A stretch of DNA of 64,000 nucleotides from Hydrolagus affinis (Eukaryota), in the NCBI GenBank assembly GCA_012026655.1, contig JAAILG010000024.1, positions 124,001 through 188,000 of the forward strand, given 5' to 3'. Shown here piece by piece: positions 14,111 to 25,836 of this stretch. A program made the position numbers and the translations under genes. The notes below the pieces were generated by a model. That model saw only the letters and a program-made list of their open reading frames with translations, did no database searches and was not told the origin of the DNA. Within the stretch, counting starts at the first letter, position 1. Each line of letters begins with the position of its first letter.

Positions 14111-15332
14111 ATTTTTGCTTGGCGTATGCTTTCTTCGCATGCCAACAAAACCACATTTGACACGTAAAATAATTACCTTCAGTCACAGTGCCTGTGACTT
14201 ATTATTATCGACGCCACAATTATATAAATCATGTCATCACATAGTTTGCTTGCAAACAAAGAGGAAACGATTGCCACTTTTCCATAGCAATGGCCCTTTA
14301 AATCTGAATTTGCGGTTGGTGTAATCTGCTTTGACTTCCATTGAAAACAGTGGAAGCATTAAATAAGTACACATGCCCTATTATTATCCGATTGTTTTGA
14401 CTGGGAAAAATAATAAAGGTTCTGTAATAATTTTGAATGGCTTGGCCAGAATTAAATTACTCTTACAGTGATTCGAATTCTCCAACAAAACAAATCCCTA
14501 ACATTGAATCTTTCCTATTAATAGCTTTCTGTAACACAGTTACACTTGGCAGAATTGTCCTTTTAAAAAAAAATCCCTTAAGTGCCAATATAATAAAAAG
14601 GTGAGATATGCTGTTAAATCATTTTTATTGCTAGTGTTCTCCAAATACACCTAAAAGTGCTTCGCTTGCCATAGATATTGGCGTGCACTGGGACTGGTGG
14701 AGTTTGAATTAGAAGTGCAATTTAGAGGTTTAAAAATTGAAACTGTTAATATTGCAACATAAAACGTAGTTTTCATCATCAAGTGCCTAAAAGTACCCCC
14801 ATTGAATAGCTTTTGTTCTTATCATGATCAACTTAAATCATGTTACTGAATGATACATATCCTATTTGGGCTAATTGATTCCTTTTAATTCCTCAACCGA
14901 GCCTAGCCTTTATTTTGAATCCAAAGGGACAGCCAGTGTATCTTATATGAAAGGAAGAATTGTTCTCCAGAGCTCTTTGAGAGCCCAAATAAGGCCTTTA
15001 AAATTTGGTCTGTGCTGTTTGCAGTGTACCTGTGGAGCTGTTGCTGGCTTTTGGTGCTCCACAATTAAATGCATTTTCTAAATAAATGATAAGTAGAATT
15101 CTTTGATAACCTTGAAAGCATAAAAAAAGAAAGCAGCCTTACAATAGATCACTCCAAAACAAAGGTGATTAGATGATTGAAACGACCTTGCGCGACATTG
15201 TGGGACAATTTGGGGGCATTGGTCACAATTATTCTGAGGTTAACATTATCTCCAGGCTTCGCACGAGAGGAAGGAAGCTTCCAGCAGTACATATTTAAAT
15301 GGACTTGATGACTTCATGACATTCCTAAACTG

Positions 15333-15660
15333 ACAGTGCCAGCTTGGCTCACTTGATACCAAGCTTACCTCTGGCTCGGAAGGTTATGAGTTCAATCCCC
15401 ATGTCAGGACTCGAGCTTCCTGACTTGGTTGGAAGCCCGTGCAGTGCTGCTTTGTTGGAGACGCTCTCCTGTAAATGAGCCATTCCCAAGGCATGTTTGC
15501 TTGCTCTAGGTTTACATTAAGGTAAACTTCAGAAGAGAATAGAGTTTCTCTGTTAGGCGTCAATCCTCCAGATGAATTGTTTATTTACCTCATTGCTGTT
15601 TATGGAACCTCACTGGTACAAAGGATCGTTGTGTTTGATTACAAGAAACAGTCATTATCT
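15333..15660 (+). mobile_element. Old DeuSINE (SacSINE1-like)
   Basis: Head GCCAGCTTGGCTCA...CCTCTGGCTCGGAAGGTTATGAGTTCAATCCCC and 3' CTCATTGCTGTTTATGG; colinear with the 19950 copy. Confidence 0.7.
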
Positions 15661-17074
15661 TTGGCAGCAGTTATATTTAGAATAATAAATGATAATCATT
15701 GCATTTGAGATACCCTTTCACACACGGGGAGGAAGTCTCTAAGCATTTCACAGGATTTATTGCAAAGTGTAGTAACTGCATTGTTGGTGAGAGTGCTAAC
15801 GGCTGAGCTAAGCTGGCACATCAGATCTAAATTGAATTTAATGCTGTCCCAACTATCATGGAAAATGTAAATATAACCACAATTCATCCTTTCACTCCCT
15901 CTTCTGTGTAAAACAGAATTAAAAATTCAGTCACGATTCCTCTATTTTTGATACTGCTGCCCTGTGGATGAAAGCTTTCCATCTTCTGACACCAGTTCAT
16001 TTACCATTGTATTCCCAATGGTAAATGATTGCTGGTGGCTGAATTTTATTAGTTTTTCTTTTGCTTCCATGCTACACAATCTAATTTATAAGACTACACT
16101 GGGATAAGGTCTGCAAAATTGGCTCTGTATGATCTTTAACAGTCCACCCTTGGAAATTATGCAAAGATAACGGCTTTGATTAGGACATGGATTATTGGGT
16201 TAGGTGTTGTGGGAACCAGGAGGTTGATTACTTTTTCTAACGAATGCAACAGAATTTCGAAAGACTAAAGTTTCTGCTCCATATCTGTGATGCTGGTAAA
16301 CTTGTACTCAAGTAAGTCCATCAGCATCATGGGTCGGCTTAGTAAAACAAGTCACTCACTCAACATTTTGTTTGAGCTGAATCTCATTTGCTAGTTTGGG
16401 AAACGTCATATAGAAGCATTAATAATACAGATCTCCTGCTTAAGATTCTCACCTCATCCTAAGTAAACCAAACTTATTTCTCAATGGAAGCCGCAGCAAT
16501 TTAAAGTAACTAAAATCATTTTATTTGGAACATTACAATAGTATTTAACCGTCTTTCAGCGATTGTGAACATTACTTTTTTTTTAAGAATAATGACTTTA
16601 AGAGTATTTTAATCCATAAAATCGCTGTTTAATTGAGTATAACATCTATTGATAAATATATATATTTAAATAGATGTTATACTTTATATATATATATATT
16701 TATGTAGATATATGGATAATTTGGTGTAACATTTCTGGCTGCTACAATGGCTGTCACCTTGATGCAGAATTGCAATGGAGAATGTTCAAGTATTTGAAAG
16801 TTTTTGTAAGGACAACATGAAATAATTTTTCATTCTCAGCACTATCATCATTGTACAGTACATCATAACAATGTCATCTTGATGTCAAACAAACAATATA
16901 GAAAATGGCAGCAAGCTGGGGGCATGATAAAGCAATTAAAGGGTTCAGATGGCATCACGAACCATGAGAAAACAGACTGGTTTGTTCCAACATTGAGATT
17001 ATGTTGTCGCCTTCCAGTACAGCAATGAGCTCTTCCAAGACAGGCACACATGGTTAGGGGAATAGGAGAGGGAG

Positions 17075-17135
17075 CTTCATTTACAAGTCCCTTCACTCCC
17101 TGACACCTCCCGACCTCTCCGACCTGCTCGCTCAC
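17075..17135 (+). mobile_element. L2 ORF2 fragment
   Basis: Translates as FIYKSLHSLTPPDLSDLL, equivalent to LTFKTIHCLAPSYHSDLL in the 23.5-kb L2. Confidence 0.6.
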
Positions 17136-18132
17136 TCCTCACTGCCTATAATTCTGGAGATTATAGAACGATGGTAGGGTGGGAATTCTGAAGCCACAAG
17201 ATCAAATGAGATCTTCTTCATCCAAATCATTCTGGTGATCTGGGGAAAAAGTACAGGTTTTTTTTTAAGTGGAAAAAAATGGAACCCAATGCAGCGTGAA
17301 GTGTATGTTCAAAACATATTTTTGTGTTCCTTTTAGAAGGACATGCGTCAAGTATTGGGCCAAGAGTATAATGCCTATAGCTTTAATAGTGTGAAATCTA
17401 TTTCATGTGAAAGTTTACATACTTCAAGGGCTCTGTAGAATTATTCTGACTTTGGAAGCATACTCTTGCATATGAAAGGAATAGATTTTTGTTGGAGTAA
17501 GCAGAAAAATACAAAACAGATTTGAAAGTATAAGAATGAGTCCACAGGGCATGTTTAATCTACTGCAAAGCTGAAAATAAAACACTGAAATGTACCCTTA
17601 TGAAAAATGAAGCAATTTCTGGGATTTCTTTTTACATTAGCGATGCCAGGGCCAAAACAGGTTTGCACTGAAAGAGATCCATTCTAGAATGGCAGAGATG
17701 GATGGAAAAGCTGCCAGCAGCATTGCTAACGCATCAAACATTTCTTAATACGATTTACATAAGCAATACGGCAACAGTGGCACCTCGATTATTAAATCCT
17801 CTTGGGTTGAAATGGTTGTTGTTGACTGCGGATGAATAATATTTCCCTCTCTTCGTCTCAACCGAATTAATCCCCTGAGGTCCTCAGACCTGACTGGTTG
17901 ACTGGTTAGGAACTGAAATGTAGCATTAGACAAACCAAACGGAATCAACCAGATAGCCAGCAAGATAGGATGTTCAGGTTCAATCATTAAATAAATGATT
18001 GGTACATTCTATTTCAGAAAATTTGCAAGCACCTATGAGAAGTAATATTTTTCCTGAGATACAGATCCACATCTAGTGAGAAAAAAATACTAACTTGGAC
18101 GCTCAATCTACGACCATTTGTGGGACATTGTT

Positions 18133-18462
18133 GGAGTCCTGCAGCTCAGTGGTTAGAGCACACACCTTGCAAAAGAGAGACTGGGTTCGATTCCCAGCAG
18201 GGCAAAACCTTGGGCAAATTTCCTTACTCCACAAGCCTGATAATAATCCCTCAAGAAACAGAAAACAATAATAAAATGGTCACTTCGATCCACGACTGTT
18301 TGTGGGACACTGTTATGGCCAATTGGCAGCCACGTTTCGCCCGCAAACATATACTGTACTCAATTCACTTTACAACTTATTCTGTAAAGCACTTTGAAAC
18401 ATCTAAAAGATATGAAAAGCACTATATCAAATGCAAGGATTATTATTAGTAGTAGTAGTATT
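18133..18462 (+). mobile_element. tRNA-derived SINE, full length (subfamily A), nested in an older SINE fragment
   Basis: GGAGTCCTGCAGCTCAGTGGTTAGAGC...GGTTCGATTCCC head; tail (ATT)n(AGT)n. The flanks TTTGTGGGACATTG | CAGTGCACAATTG are contiguous in the SINE consensus. Confidence 0.93.
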
Positions 18463-18477
18463 ACAGTGCACAATTGT

Positions 18478-18589
18478 ACACTTCACAGAATATACTGTCA
18501 TGTAAAATGTAGTGACTGTGTACTTTGTGGGTGAAACACAGCAGTGGCAAAGCCATGACCAAATTATTATTATTTTAGAGGGATTATTA
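18478..18589 (-). mobile_element. Antisense internal SINE fragment
   Basis: CACTTCACAGAATATACTGT...TTTGTGGGTGAAAC...ATGACCAAATT is the reverse complement of the SINE body. Confidence 0.8.
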
Positions 18590-18922
18590 CCTCAGGCAGA
18601 CAATCGTTCGACAAATAATTAATATCTGAGTTCACTTATTATGACTTGTAATAAATTGTGAAACATACAATTAATTTATTTTGATATAAGGAATACTAGC
18701 TGATTCATTCTGAGAATTTCTCAAGGTTCCTTCTCAATTGTTTCATAAAGGTAATGTCAATGTAACACATTGAACAAAATAAATTCAGGCAGCTGGACAC
18801 CGAATGTGTCATGTTATTCCACGTACACAAGATAGCATTTTCATTTAACAGTTTGCAGTGGTTTCACAGTTATATTTACAGTAACTACACATTCCTTCTC
18901 TGATTAATTGCATCTGTCTGTC

Positions 18923-18994
18923 AATAATAATAATACTCATTGCATTTGATATAGCTCTTTCCATGTCTTCTAGACGTCTCAAAGCGTTTCACAG
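18923..18994 (-). mobile_element. SINE 3' tail
   Basis: AATAATAAT...TTGCATTTGATATAGC...ATGTCTTCTAGACGTCTCAAAGCGTTTCACAG. Confidence 0.85.
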
Positions 18995-19949
18995 CATTAC
19001 AAAACACCACTAAGGCAAAGTATTCAGATTTAATTGTCCATGTACAGAATGCTTTGGATTTCTAGTTTGCACTGAATCTCACCGTGGATCATTGGATTGA
19101 TTATCCCAATCTATTCATTGCAAGTATTGCAAATATTGATTTAAAATGCAAACATAGATCAATTCTGAATATGCGATGGCCAAATCTTGGATACTCTACT
19201 CAAATGTGGACTTGATAGAAATCGAGATTAGATTTAATCTTTATGCTATTTACCAATCATTTGGGGGAAATTCACAATTAAGACCCTATTGTGTCAACTG
19301 CATTTGGCTGCAGCAATGTCATTCTGTGTCTGGCATGTACAAACAGTCCCAAAATATGAGAAGGACACAGCTTAAACTTCACAGCCAAGTCCAAAAATGC
19401 TAGCTTTTAGATGAAAGATCAAATACAAGGATTATTATTATTAAAGACCATCAAGCTATATATTAATATCTGGGGATCTTAATCTTTTCCTTCCAGTCCT
19501 TCTGAATCTCCAAAGGCAGGAAAGACCTAGAAGTTCAATGGCCCCTTTGGGAGTACGATCAAAGACATTCAATATCATACAATGCCCTACATTGGTGAAA
19601 ATTCAGTTTAATTTCTGCAAGGAATTTTTAGAACCATCCTTTTGTTGAGTTAATAGGAACATTTTAATCATCTTTGATAGGAATAATGATGCCGTATTCA
19701 GGATTTTACAGATTGTACCAGGACAACTTTTTTTTATCTGGTGCATAAACTCTAAATGGTTTTATTCAAGCCTTTTCAATGATTAGAGACTATAATGATG
19801 GGATATGACATTTTCTCCATTGTACACTGATATCAGTTCAGCACTGAACACTCTGAGGCCACGTCTAGCATAACATACAACTCACAATACAATTTACATT
19901 TATATAGCACACTTAACATCAGGAAGCTGTCTCAAAGCACTTTACACTT

Positions 19950-20387
19950 GTGTGTCAGCCTGGCACGGAGGTAGCATTCTTGCCTCTGAGTCAGAAGGTT
20001 CTGGGTTCAAACCTTATGTCGGATCTTGGAATCACACTCCCAAGGTGACACTCCTTTGTGGTGCTGGTGGTTGTGTTGCAGTATTGGAGGTGCTAAATGG
20101 AGATCCCGTTTGACTGTTCAGGTGGATGTCAAAGATCCCATTGCACTATTCAAAAAAGAGAAGGGAATTTCTCCAGGTGTCTGGTCAACAATCCTCCAAT
20201 TGTTGGTCATTCACTCCATGGCTGTTTGTGGGACACTGCTTTGTGCACATTGGCTGTCCTGTTTCGATCCCAATATACACAGACAATCCTTGTACAGTAT
20301 TGTATATCCTGTGGAACACTTTGAGACATCTCAATGACATGATAAGACGCTACATCAAATGCAAGGATTATTATTATTATTATTATT
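19950..20387 (+). mobile_element. Full-length DeuSINE (SacSINE1-like), preceded by an antisense L2-type tail (19885-19946)
   Basis: tRNA-like head (TCTTGCCTCTGAGTCAGAAGGTTCTGGGTTCAAA), Deu core TTCAGGTGGATGTCAAAGATCCCATTGCACTATT...GAAGGGAATTTCTCC, and a 3' body and (ATT)n tail shared with the young SINE. Confidence 0.88.
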
Positions 20388-20439
20388 GCACACCTAGCAC
20401 CTAGAGCCGGGGTGGTATTCAAGGGGAAGAGAAGGGAGT

Positions 20440-20673
20440 TTCCCCCAACATCTGGAATTCCATCTCGCAATCCCTCCACCTCGCCCCCTCCCTAACCTCC
20501 TTCCAGTCCTGCCTCAAGACCCTCCTTCTCGACGGTGCCATCGGTCACCCGCCTTCCCCTCTCTTCCCTCCAACCTTCCCGATCCCGACCCCAGCTCAGG
20601 TCTGAAACATTGACTGTCCAGCATCTTGGGACATCCTCCCGGCGTGAAAGGAACCATACAAATGTAATTCTGT
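20440..20673 (+). mobile_element. L2 LINE 3' end
   Basis: Encodes PNIWNSISQSLHLAPSLTSFQSCLKTLL, then a C-rich 3' UTR and the L2 tail. Confidence 0.88.
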
Positions 20674-21809
20674 TACAGTAGTGGCTGTATGCTCGTCGAA
20701 GAGCGTGGGAGGGAAAGATGACTAAAAGTCTAGAAGGAAAGGTAAATCAAGGTGAGATTTGGAAGCGGGGAGTGTGGTGGTGAGTTAAGCGGTTAATGGC
20801 TCTGCAACACGGCACTGCGTGAAGGGCACTGTGTAAATGCAAGTTCTTGAAGACGTATTAGCCAATTAATTCCAAGTAGGTTACGGTTTTAGTTTGTGGG
20901 TCCCCCTCTCATTTTGCAAAACAAATTTATGCATGACAAAGTGTTGGCTTTATGTTTAATAGAGAAGATTTAATAAGTTAAATCACTTTCTGTGGTTTAA
21001 TAAAGGATGCTTAGAGGTTTCAAATGATTTCCACTATGGGAATTCATTTATTTTCCCCAGCAGCAGCCTATTTTAAATTATTATTGGTATTTTCAGTTTC
21101 AAGGAGAAAATGCACAAATTGAACTTTTTCATTACACAAGTATTTAATGGGGGAAACAAAAGGCCAATTGCTGACCTGGAACCCAATTTTAACAAAATAA
21201 CTCCAAATGCCCCCATAGCAGTGTTTATGGTTTTTTATTCCTTGCATCATAACAAAGGTAAGTAACATTTTATAAGTGAAAATCTATTTGTTATTTAAAT
21301 GCTGCTATTTGATTTTGCCGTGGCTACTGGGCTCAGCATTTGGACTTGAAATTGGAGGTTTGCTTGACTTGAAGTTCTAGGTTGCCTTCAGCCAAAAAAT
21401 AAACTGATGTTTTAATATTTTGTGGAGTGTAGTGGGTGAAAATGAATTTGGTCTGGGCTCTAACGAGAATCTTTAAAAGTTCTCAAAGAGCCACGGTTTA
21501 ATGTTGTGAAACAGACAATTGCAAAATATAAAGCTGGTTGTGTAATGCCAGAGGCGAAATATAAAGGGAAGAGATATATTATTCTTAACACTATGCTTTA
21601 TGTATGTTAAAAAAAACTATCAGATGATTGAATCTGCTATTCAATTGCTTTGACTTTGTTGCTCCTTTGAGAATTTGTTTTGCATCTATACAGCCGTCAA
21701 CCAAAGCAATGTACTTCCAGCTACATTTCTTCCAAACATAAAAATGAAGACTTTTGCAATAGATTGCAATGGAGGGCTTTTGGAACTGTTAGTAACAGTT
21801 AAACCTGGA

Positions 21810-21880
21810 TCGTGTCTGCCTGTTCAGCTTGATGTTAAAAATCCTATGGCATAAGTTAAATAGAGAAGGGGGATTTCTCA
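21810..21880 (+). mobile_element. Isolated Deu-domain fragment
   Basis: GTCTGCCTGTTCAGCTTGATGTTAAAAATCCTATGGCA...GAGAAGGGGGATTTCTC matches the Deu core at 20.1 and 38.9 kb. Confidence 0.65.
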
Positions 21881-22750
21881 CAGTTGTGTTATGGACTCCA
21901 CAACAAGTAAACTGTAGCAAAAGCCCCCAAACTAAATGCCATCTTGATTTTACCCCAAAAAATTGTCAGTTTTTTTTTAACTCGCCATCTCACAGAATCT
22001 CAGTTTAATGTTTTATTGAAATGTTGCATTTCCAACATTTTCAGTCTTGTCAACGCAAGTCACTTTGGCAAGATTAAAGTCTAAACTGGCCAAATTGAAA
22101 TGTATTCAAATTCTAATTTGGCCAAACCATTTCGATTCGTTCAGTTTAGGTTTGGTATCATTTAAGAGTTCATCCCTATCTCAGGCCTGGTTTGATTTGC
22201 TTTTTCAGCACATTTAGGAGACCTGCATGGCATTGCTGTCTCAAGGCATAATATGAAAAATGTCCCTTTCTCCATCTCTCCCCTAGTGATTGTCACATCC
22301 AGACATCACAAAAGATTCCTGATTATCCACGAATGAACCGGGAATCTAATTAATCATTCTCTACTTCACTGCTTGTAAAAGATGATGGGTTCAGAGTGCA
22401 CAGCACAGGATCTCTACCAATTTGAAATTATATGGGCAAAATATTTTGGACCACGGGTAATTTCAGAAGCAGAATGAACAGCTGCTTAATTTACTATTGT
22501 ACTCGTATAAGAAGGAAATCATAGGCAAACATAATTACATTGGAATTCAAACTCAAGTAGCAAGTCAAAATTGCACCAGTCTTTCAAAACTAAGAATCTC
22601 CTTATTGAAGATTCAATCTAACGTGTTTCCTTTCACTGATTTAAAATTTGTTGGTCTTAAGTGCTGTATATTTTTGTGATGTCTTCAGATATTAAACTAC
22701 TTTAAAGAAAATAATAATCCTTGTACTGTATTTGAAATAACTCCTCATGT

Positions 22751-23060
22751 GGAGTCCTGTAGCTCAGTTATTAGAGTATTCGCCTCGTTAAGCGAGAGAC
22801 CTGGGTTCAATTCTCAGCAGGGCGAAAACTTGGGCAAGTTTCTCTACTCCACGTGTTTGATAATAATCCTCAAATAAACAAACGAACAATTTGGTCAATC
22901 AATCCCCCTTTATTGGACACTTCTGTGTGCAATTGGCTGCTGCCTTTCGCCTACAAATATACAGTCAATTCACTTTACAGCATATTCTGCGAAGAGCCTT
23001 GAGACATCTAGAAGATGTAAAAAGCATTATATCAAATGCAAAGATTAGTATTATTATTAT
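22751..23060 (+). mobile_element. tRNA-derived SINE, full length (subfamily A), inserted in an antisense SINE tail
   Basis: GGAGTCCTGTAGCTCAG head through (ATT)n tail. Flanks ATAATAATCCTTG...TCATGT | TGGCGAGATGTCTCAAA reconstitute a minus-strand tail; ATGT occurs on both sides. Confidence 0.92.
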
Positions 23061-23434
23061 GTTGGCGAGATGTCTCAAACTGGTTTTGTCTCTGACATCA
23101 GGCAAGACTACTTCTTTTTGAGGGAACGTTGTCAACACAAGGAGCAAAATCTATACACTCTCAACCTTTACCCAGTTAACTGCCACTTTCAATCTATTAC
23201 TTTCTTTCTCTGTTGGCATCTACTTTTCATTGCCATGATGGCAATGGAAGACAAATTCCTATCAATTATACTATTTGGCTGCACTTTCATTGCTCCAACT
23301 GGTGAATTCTTCCTACATGTGACTCTTTCTTGCAACCTATCCCTTAACCAGTGACTAAATGTTCTTCTCCACTAAATCTTTCCTTTCCTCAGGTTTAAAT
23401 CAAACTTTGGTTAGTGAAGCACTTTTGAAAATTA

Positions 23435-23933
23435 CATTACTCCCACCCTCTCACAATTCCATTGACTCCCCATTCCCCAAAGGGTCGAATTTAAGATCCT
23501 CGTCCTCACTTTCAAGACCATTCACTGCCTTGCCCCCTCCTATCACTCTGACTTACTGACTCCCTATCAATCTGCCCACCCACTCCATTCAGTGGCCTCT
23601 GGTCTGCTCCATGTCCCCCGCCTGACCCGTCCTACCATCGTACCATCGGTGGCCAGGCTTTCAGGCTCTTTGCCCCCAAACTCTGGAACTTCATTCCACA
23701 ATCCCTTCGCCTTGCTTCCTCTCTTGCCTCCTTCAAGTCCGATCTCAAAACCCTCCTCTTCTGCATCCTTCCAACTCTCTCCCTTCCCTCGGCCCCACCC
23801 TGCCCCCCACCTCCCACCCCCCCACCCACCCCCGCTCAGGTCCCGATCCCTGACTGTTCAGCATCTTCGGACATCCTCCCGACATGAAAGGCGCTCTATA
23901 AATGTAATTTTGTTCTTATTGCTGTTGTTGTTG
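23435..23933 (+). mobile_element. 5'-truncated L2 LINE (ORF2 C-terminus, 3' UTR and tail)
   Basis: HITPTLSQFH*LPIPQRVEFKILVLTFK...LAPSY...GGQAFRLFAPKLWNFIPQSLRLASSLASFKSDLKTLLF is a classic L2 ORF2 end. It has a stop codon and an 8-bp TACCATCG duplication (frameshift), and a (GTT)n tail. Confidence 0.95.
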
Positions 23934-24954
23934 ATGTGTTCCAATTATAAAGGGGCTGAAGACAGATTTGTATATTAATCAGCGCCAGGGGGATAAATAG
24001 ACTTCTTTTGAACATAGGACTCGACAGTAGCATGTGAAGAGTTAATGTATTTTCAATGAAAATTCTGCAGTTAAATCCTATTGAAGGCATAGCTCATTTG
24101 TTCGATTCTTTTCTGTTTGCATCAGGGTTCTGCATGTATCTAGCTTTGTAAAAAAAACGCAAAATAATCTGTAGCCGAGAACTAATTTATAAAAACCTTG
24201 CACTCCAGCCCACTCCAGTTTACAATTCAATCTCAAACAAAAACAACGGGAAACATTTACCCAAACCCTACATAACAAACAAAACTGATTGTCGTTGTCT
24301 CAAGATGAAATTTAACCACGGACTGATTCCTTTGGAATGCGCTGAGCATCACAGAACATTTTGTGCTTAAGTCATTGCTAAGAGGTTTCAAATGATCTGA
24401 AATTCTATACCAGGAATTTTATATCATTATTACTATGGTTCACCAGTTTGCATAAGAACACGCTTTGGTGCATCTGAATTCTATTCTTGGATTAGACATC
24501 AGTCGTTTGAATTGTCCATATACTGCTGTACTACACGGTGAAGATTGGAATTTAAATGGCTGATTTATTTCACTAACATCGTCAAACAAATCCTTGTCAC
24601 TTGAACTTGTAATGGTTCAGCAGAGGATGTTATAAATTTGAAGAATTAGACTGTGACACTTGTAACATGTTAACATTAGTTTTAATGATCACTGCTATTG
24701 CTGTGTTATTACTGTGGTTCCACAGTGGCTCCATTTGCTTCTTTCATGTTCAATGGATTCACATTGTCACAAAAGGGTCATGTTACAATCGACAGCAATG
24801 GCGTTAACAAGCAAATGTATCTCATCGCTTACTCATTCACTGGGAAATCTCACTTTCCAGTGCTGCAAACTGAAATTTTTAATTTGGATAGTACTGCTAA
24901 GTTCCAATATCTTTCTGACTGGTGTCATTAAGAATTCAGGTCATTTAGGTAACC

Positions 24955-25225
24955 TGTGAGTCATTGGTTCTAGTTGTAGGCACGCATCTTTGGTTTTGGA
25001 CGAGTTGAATTTTGTGAATTGTAGAGGACGTGAGATGGTGAGGAGGACATTTGAGTAGTCCAGCTGAGAGGTGACGAAAGCATAGACAAGGGTTTTGGCA
25101 GCTTGCGGAGTGAGGTATTGTCGGAGCTGGGCAATACGGCAGAGGTGAAGGAAACTGTCCTGGTCAGGGACCGGATGTAGGGGAGGAAGGAAGATGGGCA
25201 TCTAATCTGACTCTTAAATTGTGCA
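24955..25225 (-). mobile_element. L2 ORF2 internal fragment
   Basis: FLHLCRIAQLRQYLTPQAAKTLVYAFVTSQLDYSNVLL is the L2 post-RT 'SRLDYCN' region. Confidence 0.9.
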
Positions 25226-25771
25226 TGGATTCAGAGCATTTTAGCACATACAGAGGAACATAGTAAGGAGTATGCTTTCGTACCTTAAACCAACTGGGCT
25301 CGAGTTTGAGATTAACCAGTCTCATTGCCTGAAGAACCCTTGTTCACTGTATTTAAATCAGGAAGTAGAAGGTACTTTAGGCAGTGAGGAACCAGAGAGG
25401 TAAGGTGAATAAGGGGTACCTTGATATCTTTCTTTGTGGAAAGCAGAAACTAAAACATTATTTTGACCAAAAATCCCTCAACCATATATATATATTCAAA
25501 TAGCATGAGTTTGTTGCTATAGTTATCAGCAGAGACAGCACACACTTGTCGTTCAGCACAATGATGGGGAAACTTATGCAGTGTAGAAATGGTAGCAACA
25601 AGGATACATGGAGAACACTACAAGCATTTCGTATTCTTACTGCTGTCTTGGTAAATTTAGATCAAAAACGATCTACAATGAGCAAATTTATAAATTTGTT
25701 TGAAATTGTTCAATTCTGAGTCACTTGTGATGCTATCGCAGAACAAGGACAGTCTGATTTAGGGTCAGACC

Positions 25772-25836
25772 TGAAAGATATTGTTAATATCAATAATAAT
25801 TGAAAGATATTGTTAATATCTTTCAATAATAATTGA
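25772..25836. repeat. Local tandem duplication with an embedded palindrome
   Basis: TGAAAGATATTGTTAATATC occurs twice; ATTGAAAGATATT-GTT-AATATCTTTCAAT forms a 13-bp perfect stem. Confidence 0.85.

Noticed and set aside
16288-16331. Imperfect hairpin TGATGCTG...CAGCATCA as a pre-miRNA
   Set aside because: The stem is too short and interrupted, and no known mature miRNA is recognised.
18120-18449. Family of similar ORFs ending ...HYIKCKDYY (also 20126, 22891, 47960, 53417, 59860)
   Set aside because: These are translations of SINE copies; the similarity reflects the repeat, not a gene family.
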